A stretch of DNA of 32,000 nucleotides from Geotalea daltonii FRC-32 (GTDB lineage Bacteria > Desulfobacterota > Desulfuromonadia > Geobacterales > Geobacteraceae), in the NCBI RefSeq assembly GCF_000022265.1, contig NC_011979.1:1230001-1262000 (forward strand). The letters run 5' to 3'. Below, piece by piece: positions 18,416 through 24,572 of the stretch (within the stretch, counting starts at the first letter, position 1; every line of letters begins with the position of its first letter). Under the pieces are notes generated by a model. The model had not been told where the DNA came from, ran no database searches, and saw nothing but the letters and a program-made list of their open reading frames with translations. Position numbers and translations under genes: made by a program.

Positions 18416-18439
18416 GCGGCGGGAAGGCCGCCTTTTTTA
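18416..18439. terminator. Rho-independent terminator, second copy of the dapL terminator context (bidirectional position)
   Basis: GGCGGC-GGGAAG-GCCGCC followed by TTTTTTACAC. The post-stem sequence is the same as at 16618-16629. It lies between the remnant and the convergent 320-aa gene. Confidence 0.75.
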
Positions 18440-18463
18440 CACTAAAAGGTTGAATGCCCGCAT

Positions 18464-19426
18464 TTATCTAACATGGAGTTCCGATGTGTCCAGCTTGAAC
18501 TCGTCATATATTCCGAGTTTCTTCATTATGACAGGTAAGATTTGATGAATCGTTCTCATACCCATGAGGAGTTCATTAATATAAATATCTGGATGAATTC
18601 GCGAGGCGTTAAATCCCAGACTTTCGGCCTCAGCTTCATGTCCGAGGTCGTCATGGGAGTCAAAGACTAGCCCCAGAAGCTCTGCTCTCAACGGAACACC
18701 GGTGCGGAAGGCTCGATCTTTTACGATATTGATCCATTCTTCATAGTCCTTCAAAACTTTATGTCTGTGCTCTCTGAATTTAGGCGCAAATGCTTCGTCC
18801 ACATCAATCTTACAAGCAGCGAGATCTATCAGGCATGGCTCAATATTGTCAGCAGCTGTTCCTACTAACTCAAGATCATCGTCGTCTATCAGTTCAGCAA
18901 TATACGCGGCATAGAACCCGTAAACATCATTCAGTGATATGTAGATCTTGTAGATCAGAGCTGAATACGGGTTCTTCTCAAGAAAAACCGTAACTTCATC
19001 ACCAAGGCCATCGGTAAAAACATTATTGAAGTCGGTTTCTAATTCATCAGGGAATTTTTTAGGTATATCTACACCAATCTCCCTGAGAACATGGAATGTT
19101 TCCCAGCACAAAAGCCTCAGTTCGTCATTTAGGGAGTAAGTGTTGTATCCAGTTTCGGCATTTTCTATAGCAATCTCGGCCAGAAAATGAATGAGTTTTT
19201 CCCACTTATTCGCCTCTTGAAGAGAGCCTGCCCACAGCACGAACGAAGGGTCTTTGTCACCGATAGCCAAAATTTTTCGAAATTTTTCTTCCATTTCATG
19301 TGACATATGCTCTTTATTCTTCCATTTGCTGATTTGAGTGGGTGACACCCCGAGGCGAACAGCGAGTTCTTTCTGACTGCACGACAAAGTCTTCAACGCG
19401 AGTTGTACCAGGTCTTCAGTATGCAT
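18464..19426 (-). CDS. XRE-family HTH protein with a ~250-aa unassigned alpha-helical C-terminal domain
   Basis: N-terminus: LSCSQKELAVRLGVSPTQISKWKN (Cro/C1-type HTH). A GAAGGGAG RBS is present. The gene is markedly AT-rich: a hand count of one 60-nt line gives about 32% G+C, against about 65% for a line of argD. Confidence 0.8.
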   Translation of the reverse strand: MHTEDLVQLALKTLSCSQKELAVRLGVSPTQISKWKNKEHMSHEMEEKFRKILAIGDKDPSFVLWAGSLQEANKWEKLIHFLAEIAIENAETGYNTYSLNDELRLLCWETFHVLREIGVDIPKKFPDELETDFNNVFTDGLGDEVTVFLEKNPYSALIYKIYISLNDVYGFYAAYIAELIDDDDLELVGTAADNIEPCLIDLAACKIDVDEAFAPKFREHRHKVLKDYEEWINIVKDRAFRTGVPLRAELLGLVFDSHDDLGHEAEAESLGFNASRIHPDIYINELLMGMRTIHQILPVIMKKLGIYDEFKLDTSELHVR

Positions 19427-19448
19427 TTCGATACTCCCTTCATAGTAG

Positions 19449-19525
19449 TTTAGTAAAATCGCCTAATTTCTAGGTAATTTTACTTTTAACAATTATTTAG
19501 TAATTACGCAACTTAATTTAGTAAA
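19449..19525. promoter_or_regulatory. Three TTTAGTAA(A/T) repeats in the promoter region of the XRE gene (candidate operators)
   Basis: TTTAGTAAA at 19449-19457, TTTAGTAAT at 19496-19504 and TTTAGTAAA at 19517-19525. The last two are 21 bp apart. A further TAGTAAA lies at 19748-19754. One 60-nt line of the region hand-counts at about 23% G+C. Confidence 0.4.
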
Positions 19526-19631
19526 TTAGAATGTAAAAAGAATTTACATATTCCATCTGCATTGCGGCCCGCACCAAAGAACGAGGGTATAAGGGGATGG
19601 AGTCCGGTCTGGGCTTCCCGCCACATAGCGA

Positions 19632-19716
19632 AGGAAATGGGGTCAAGGAAATGGGGTCAAAAGGAAATGGGGTCAGGCTTTGCATTTAAAAGGAAATGGG
19701 GTCAGGCTTTGCATTT
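19632..19716. repeat. Left repeat array: 4x AGGAAATGGGGTCA, the last two extended to GGGGTCAGGCTTTGCAT
   Basis: Units start at 19632, 19646, 19662 and 19691. The 17-mer GGGGTCAGGCTTTGCAT is the exact reverse complement of ATGCAAAGCCTGACCCC, which is repeated at 21074-21258. Confidence 0.9.
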
Positions 19717-19781
19717 GGTGATTTGCCTGGTATAGTTGCCATAATTCTAGTAAATCTGCATGTATGTGTATGGGGGGAGAA

Positions 19782-20126
19782 ATGGCATTACCACAATTGG
19801 TAAAGCAGTTAGTCGAAAAGAAACTTTCCGACTACTGCAAAAGTAAAGTTTCGCCGGAGCTATCCGAGAAAATCCGCATGGGCTTTCGCATCAGACGTGA
19901 CAACGTGACCCTCTTTGAATCGCGCCCGTCTTTTCCAGAACCGAGTCATTGGGTTGAAATTCCTGTTGCCCAATTCCGCTTCGATCCTGGCACCGGACTG
20001 TGGACCCTGTACTGCGCAGACCGGAACTCCCGCTGGCATTACTATGTGGATGTAGATCCCAGCAAAAATCTTCAAAACTTGCTGAAGGAAGTTGACCAGG
20101 ATCCAACCGGCATATTCTGGGGGTAG
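19782..20126 (+). CDS. DUF3024-like small protein
   Basis: The C-terminal pattern LWTLYCADRNSRWHYY...LLKEVDQDPTGIFWG matches my recollection of the DUF3024 family. ATG 19782 follows GGGGGAGA; alternative ATGs are at 19764 and 19770. The stop lies 3 nt before the next gene. Confidence 0.65.
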   Translation: MALPQLVKQLVEKKLSDYCKSKVSPELSEKIRMGFRIRRDNVTLFESRPSFPEPSHWVEIPVAQFRFDPGTGLWTLYCADRNSRWHYYVDVDPSKNLQNLLKEVDQDPTGIFWG

Positions 20127-20129
20127 AAC

Positions 20130-21086
20130 ATGGCACGCAAGCCGCGTATCCATCATCCAGGCGCCTTTTACCACGTGATCCTCCGGGGCAACGGAAAGCA
20201 GGACATTTTCTTCGACGACCAGGACCGGTACCGCCTTTATTTGCTGCTGCAAGAAAGTGTTGAGCGCTTCCGATGCCGCATTCACGCATTCTGTCTGATG
20301 TCCAATCATATCCATCTGGTGGTGCAGGTGTCAGATATTCCCCTGTCACGCATCATGCAGAATGTTTCCTTCCGGTACACCCGCTGGATCAACTGGCGGC
20401 ATGATCGCTCGGGCCATCTTTTTCAGGGACGATATAAGGCCATTCTAGTCGATGAAGATGCGTACCTTCTGGAGTTAGTGCGCTATATCCACCTTAACCC
20501 CCTACGGGCGAACATGGTCAAAATTATCGGTGAATATCCCTGGATTGGCCATAATGCCTACCTGGGAAAGGAAAAGTTGCCTTGGCTGCATGCCGATACG
20601 GTTCTGGAAATGCTTTCTCCAAGAAAAAAGACGGCTATTGCAGCCTATGCTGGATTTGTCGAGGAAGGCTGTGCGGGACAGCGGAGATGTGACTTCCATG
20701 GAGAGGGCATATCCGACAGCCGGATATTGGGCGAAGAAGATTTTGTTCAAACTGTGATCGGGGATGCGGAGATGTTGCATGTCAGGATCACCGTTGAGGA
20801 TGTCATATCTACCGTCTGCAAATATTACGAGACGGTGGAGGAAAAGCTTGCCAGTCCGGGCAAGAGCCGTGCGCTGTCCCATGCTCGCGGTATGGCGGCG
20901 TGGATTGTTCAGGACGTGTCGAGCTGTTCGCTGACGGATTTGGGCTGTCGTGTCAGCAGGGATATATCTTCACTAAGTGCAGCGGCTAACCGGCTACAGT
21001 TGCGGTCAACATCAGAAAAGGCTCTCATGCGGGAGAAAGAGGAACTCTGGGCGAAGATGCAGCAAATAACCACATGCAAAGCCTGA
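20130..21086 (+). CDS. HUH/Y1 (IS200-like, REP-associated tyrosine transposase-like) protein with a C-terminal DnaA-domain-IV-like HTH
   Basis: The HUH motif is in CLMSNHIHLVVQ. The Tyr motif is RYIHLNPLRAN (compare E. coli RayT DYIYINPVKHG). The C-terminus ISTVCKYYETVEEKLASPGKSRALSHARGMAAWIV...SLTDLGCRVSRDISSLSAAANRL resembles DnaA domain IV. Confidence 0.8.
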   Translation: MARKPRIHHPGAFYHVILRGNGKQDIFFDDQDRYRLYLLLQESVERFRCRIHAFCLMSNHIHLVVQVSDIPLSRIMQNVSFRYTRWINWRHDRSGHLFQGRYKAILVDEDAYLLELVRYIHLNPLRANMVKIIGEYPWIGHNAYLGKEKLPWLHADTVLEMLSPRKKTAIAAYAGFVEEGCAGQRRCDFHGEGISDSRILGEEDFVQTVIGDAEMLHVRITVEDVISTVCKYYETVEEKLASPGKSRALSHARGMAAWIVQDVSSCSLTDLGCRVSRDISSLSAAANRLQLRSTSEKALMREKEELWAKMQQITTCKA

Positions 21087-21310
21087 CCCCAACTCAGACC
21101 CAACTCAGACCTGGGCGAAGATGCAGCAAATAACCACATGCAAAGCCTGACCCCAACTCAGACCCAGACCCAACTCAGACCTGGGCGAAGATGCAGCAAA
21201 TAACCACATGCAAAGCCTGACCCCAACTCAGACCATAACCACATGCAAAGCCTGACCCCAACTCAGACCTGACCCCAACTCAGACCCAACTCAGACCCAA
21301 CTCAGACCTA
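21047..21310. repeat. Right repeat array: 3.6 tandem copies of a 54-bp unit that begins inside the transposase-like ORF, plus 9 copies of AACTCAGACC
   Basis: CTGGGCGAAGATGCAGCAAATAACCACATGCAAAGCCTGACCCCAACTCAGACC occurs at 21047-21100, 21111-21164 and 21181-21234, with a partial copy at 21235-21269. The 10-mer AACTCAGACC starts at 21091, 21102, 21155, 21172, 21225, 21260, 21277, 21288 and 21299. Confidence 0.92.
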
Positions 21311-21673
21311 GTTATCCTTTTTATTTAGACATTCAACTAAATGTATAAAAATTTAATTCTGGTAAGCTCGATATATTGTTTGCAGTTCTGGGACATCTAC
21401 GATTGGCCTCCACCTGCCCGTCTAAGCTCGTCTGCCCCGCCTCCCCTCCCTGCTACCTCTTCTTTATTTCCACATCCCTTGCACGCTCTGCGTGCAATCC
21501 AGCCTCAATAATGCACGCAATGCATTGTAGTAATTTAATAAATATTTGCTATTGTGCCCCCGGCAGTCAATTTGTTCACGGCAAAAGCGGTAAATCTATC
21601 GGAAGGGAGGATCTGTCTGCGTCAGTAACACCAGTCTTTGCAGTGAACTCAACCCAAATTAAAGGAGGAAAAA

Positions 21674-22018
21674 ATGAAAAAGCTTATCTCATCGTTCGCT
21701 GTACTTACTCTGTTGGTTGCTGCCAATGCCTATGCCGGTGTCTGGAACCCATCGGTGCACATCTCGGAAATAGAAGTTAACAGTGACGTTGCAGGGGCGG
21801 GGTCGCGGGCTTTCCTCATTTTACAAGAAGGGGCGGCCAGCAAACCGGCTTGTGGTGCTGCAACGCCCTATGTTCAATTGCAGGGAACCACGGAAAATAT
21901 CCGCAATCTCATCGGTATCGCTACGACGGCATTTATCAATAGCCGGCCCGTTGGCGTCTTCTTTGACGGAACCTGCACCGGGCCTTATGCCAACGTCGCC
22001 GGTCTGGCCCTTCGCTGA
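21674..22018 (+). CDS. Small secreted protein (114 aa, 4 Cys), unknown function
   Basis: AAAGGAGG RBS. The signal peptide is MKKLISSFAVLTLLVAANAYA|GV. The mature part has no recognisable family. Confidence 0.7.
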   Translation: MKKLISSFAVLTLLVAANAYAGVWNPSVHISEIEVNSDVAGAGSRAFLILQEGAASKPACGAATPYVQLQGTTENIRNLIGIATTAFINSRPVGVFFDGTCTGPYANVAGLALR

Positions 22019-22278
22019 GGGGGTCAAGTCCTCTGGCTCGATGAGGTTTTCACTTGGCACTTAAATTAGTTTCCGTCCGGAAATGGTGCTTTTCCGCCCT
22101 AGCGGTGTCAATCTGCAGGATCGCTTGTGCGGCGTACCGATGTACGCCTCCGCGCATCCCTTGATTTTCTTGCCAGAACGAAAAATCCCTCCTTGCCGAT
22201 CCGGAAACCAAAAGTTTCACATCCGGAGTTTCCGGATGGAAACAAATTAAGAGACTAAGTCAACGTTTAGGAGGGAGC

Positions 22279-23019
22279 ATGCGGCGAACATCTTGGGCAA
22301 AGTTTTCATTATTATTGACTGGGGCGATACTGTTGCTGCCACTGCAAGGCTTTGCAGCAACTCAGATTTCCGTTTTACCGTTTACCATTTCGCAACCGGG
22401 TTCCTATGTCGTGTCACAAAATCTGACCAGCAGTGGTGATGGCATCAGTGTCCAGGCCAGCAATGTAGCCATAGACCTGAATGGGTTCACCCTTTCCGGC
22501 TCAGGTTCAGGAAATGGTGTAGTGGTAACTTCCGGGAGCAACATTCAAATCTCGAATGGAACGATAACAGGGTTCACATCAGGTGTAGAGGTGTCGGAAT
22601 GGAATAACAATGTCAGGGTCGCCAGTGTGAATGCTATAGGAAATAGCCTCTGGGGCATTCATCTGTTCGGCACGAACAACCAGGTTAAGGGATGCACGGT
22701 TACGGGCAGCTCATACATTGGCATCCGCGTGGGCAGTGGGTCCAGAGTTGAAGATAACAATCTCTTCAATAATGGCCATGGAATTATTGCTACCGATGGC
22801 AATACGACTATCGCAGGAAACACCGTGACCAGCAGCCTGTATAATGGCATTACCAATGGTGTGGCATGCCTGGTAAAAAACAATACCGTTACTTATAGTG
22901 CAAGTTATGGGATTGCGACCAATGCAGGGTCTTTGTACGACGGAAATGTAACATATGGAAACCTTGTGAACATTACTGGGTGTAGTAACTGTAGCTTCGG
23001 GCTTAATGCCCAGAATTAG
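22279..23019 (+). CDS. Secreted right-handed parallel beta-helix repeat protein
   Basis: TAGGAGGG RBS and signal peptide ...LLLPLQGFAATQ. Repetitive ~22-aa turns are rich in G/N/T/V: NGFTLSGSGSGNGVVV, NGTITGF, GIHLFGTNN, GIRVGSGS, GIIATDGN, NGITNG. Confidence 0.75.
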   Translation: MRRTSWAKFSLLLTGAILLLPLQGFAATQISVLPFTISQPGSYVVSQNLTSSGDGISVQASNVAIDLNGFTLSGSGSGNGVVVTSGSNIQISNGTITGFTSGVEVSEWNNNVRVASVNAIGNSLWGIHLFGTNNQVKGCTVTGSSYIGIRVGSGSRVEDNNLFNNGHGIIATDGNTTIAGNTVTSSLYNGITNGVACLVKNNTVTYSASYGIATNAGSLYDGNVTYGNLVNITGCSNCSFGLNAQN

Positions 23020-23120
23020 TAGTTTAGTGTCCATCCGGATGTGACACGAACAGTTTCCAGATTGGAAAGCGGGGATTTTTTTACCTGGCAAGGACACTCC
23101 CCATATTTCGTATTATGCAC

Positions 23121-23150
23121 GGCGGCCAATCGGCCGCCTTTGCTATTTTT
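23121..23150 (+). terminator. Rho-independent terminator after the beta-helix gene
   Basis: GGCGGCC-AATC-GGCCGCC followed by TTTGCTATTTTT. Confidence 0.65.
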
Positions 23151-23305
23151 CACTAAGAAAGGAAAGCATGATTCCGTTTCATAAATTTCTTAACTAATAA
23201 ACAATAAGGCTTTAAAGCTTATTAGCGGATTGCATAATGAAACTATCGTTAAATAGCAACAGGTGTCAGAAAAGTAAAACCCTCTAAGGTTTACCAGGAG
23301 CCTCT

Positions 23306-24427
23306 ATGTTTACCGAGGTATCGCCACGCGGCGGCAGGCTGGTGCTGCAGCAGAAAGGGCCGGACGGTTACAGCGCCTTTTTGCCCAACCCTCTGCCGCC
23401 AAATCCGCCGCTTCTGATCGACGACGAAATGAGCCGGCTGATGGAACTGGCGAACCGGGCGCTGGGGCGTCTGGACGGATGCACATATACGCTCCCCAAC
23501 CCGGACCTGTTCCTCTATATGTACGTCCGCAAAGAGGCGGTCCTCAGCTCCCAGATCGAGGGAACGCAGGCATCGCTGGACGATCTGCTGGCGTTTGAAG
23601 GCGAAATCGACGGGAAGAGTTCGTCTGACGACATCAACGAGGTATCCAATTACGTGGATGCCATGAATTACGGCCTTGAGTGGCTGCGGGAACTCCCCTT
23701 GAGCCTGCGGCTGATAAAGGAAATCCATGCTCGGCTGATGTCAGGCATCAGAGGGGGGCATAAGAGTCCCGGCGAGTTCCGGACGACCCAGAACTGGATC
23801 GGTGGCACCAGGCCGGGCAACGCCGCCTTCGTGCCGCCGCTGGCCAATGAACTGCTCTCCTGTCTGGGCGAGTTGGAGAAATTCCTGCACGATGAGACGG
23901 TACCGCCGCTGCTCAAGGCCGGCCTCGCCCATGCCCAGTTCGAGACTATCCACCCCTTCCTGGATGGTAACGGCAGAATGGGACGGTTGTTGATCGCTTT
24001 CATTCTCTGTCACGACCAGGTACTGGAAAAGCCGCTGCTGTACTTGAGCCTCTTTTTCAAGAAGCATCGCCAGGAGTATTACGAACGGCTCAATGCCGTA
24101 AGAAAGGATGGCGACTGGGAAGGGTGGATCAAGTATTATCTGCAGGGGGTCTATGAAATATCAAAACAGGCGACAGATGCCGCCAAGGCGATCATGGATC
24201 TGATGGCCGTCGACCGGCAGAAGCTGACAGGACTGGGGAAGGCGGCGCCCACTGCCATGGCTCTGCTCAATCTGCTCTATCGCCGTCCCTACGTGAGCAT
24301 CGCCATTGTCGCACGGGAGCTCGGCATCAGCTCACCGGCAGCGGGCAAGGCGGTCAACAACCTGGCAGCGCTCAGCATTCTGAAGGAAGTGAGCGGCAAA
24401 AAAAAGAGACCGGATTTTTCTCCATGA
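23306..24427 (+). CDS. Fic-family protein (class II, intramolecular inhibitory helix) with a C-terminal wHTH-like tail
   Basis: The Fic motif HPFLDGNGRMGR (HxFx[DE]GNGRxxR) is present. An N-terminal SSQIEG matches the [ST]xxxE[GN] inhibitory motif. AGGAG RBS. Confidence 0.9.
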   Translation: MFTEVSPRGGRLVLQQKGPDGYSAFLPNPLPPNPPLLIDDEMSRLMELANRALGRLDGCTYTLPNPDLFLYMYVRKEAVLSSQIEGTQASLDDLLAFEGEIDGKSSSDDINEVSNYVDAMNYGLEWLRELPLSLRLIKEIHARLMSGIRGGHKSPGEFRTTQNWIGGTRPGNAAFVPPLANELLSCLGELEKFLHDETVPPLLKAGLAHAQFETIHPFLDGNGRMGRLLIAFILCHDQVLEKPLLYLSLFFKKHRQEYYERLNAVRKDGDWEGWIKYYLQGVYEISKQATDAAKAIMDLMAVDRQKLTGLGKAAPTAMALLNLLYRRPYVSIAIVARELGISSPAAGKAVNNLAALSILKEVSGKKKRPDFSP

Positions 24428-24516
24428 GGCCTATCTGGCCATCATCAGGGAAGGGACCGAACTCTTTTCGTAATAATTTGGAGAACTTTCTTCTCAGCCT
24501 ATCCCATACAAAAAGA

Positions 24517-24548
24517 GGCCAAGGGACGCGCGCCCCTTGGCCTTTTAG
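24517..24548. terminator. Bidirectional terminator between the convergent Fic and decarboxylase genes
   Basis: AAAAAGA-GGCCAAGGG-ACGCGCGC-CCCTTGGCC-TTTTAG: a 9-bp GC-rich stem with an A-tract on one side and a T-tract on the other. Confidence 0.8.
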
Positions 24549-24572
24549 TTTCTGTGACTGTTTGATCGCCTA

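Larger units (their letters stand above)
19632..21310 (+). mobile_element. REP/RAYT-like unit: DUF3024 gene plus HUH-Y1 transposase-like gene bracketed by inverted repeat arrays
   Basis: Inverted 17-bp repeats occur on both sides (2 copies left, 4 copies right). They enclose two tightly linked + strand genes, one of which has HUH and Tyr motifs. Confidence 0.6.

Noticed and set aside
19632-21310. The two short-repeat arrays considered as a CRISPR array.
   Set aside because: The units are 10-17 bp (or 54 bp including coding sequence) and abut each other without unique spacers of regular length. The two arrays are inverted relative to each other around a HUH gene. No cas genes are present.
21376-21780. 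134-aa ORF upstream of and overlapping the small secreted protein gene.
   Set aside because: It has no RBS and odd Cys/Ser/Leu-rich low-complexity content. It runs in a different frame over the strong RBS and signal-peptide start at 21674. The region looks like a non-coding leader/promoter containing small hairpins, for example TTGCACGC-TCT-GCGTGCAA at about 21478-21496.
22019-22278. Possible cyclic-di-GMP/cGAMP (GEMM-I) riboswitch in the 260-bp leader of the beta-helix gene. These are common in Geobacter upstream of secreted proteins.
   Set aside because: I could not find the conserved GGCAAACC / ACGCAAAGC-type cores or the two tetraloop-receptor hairpins. Only TCCGGA-type palindromes are present.
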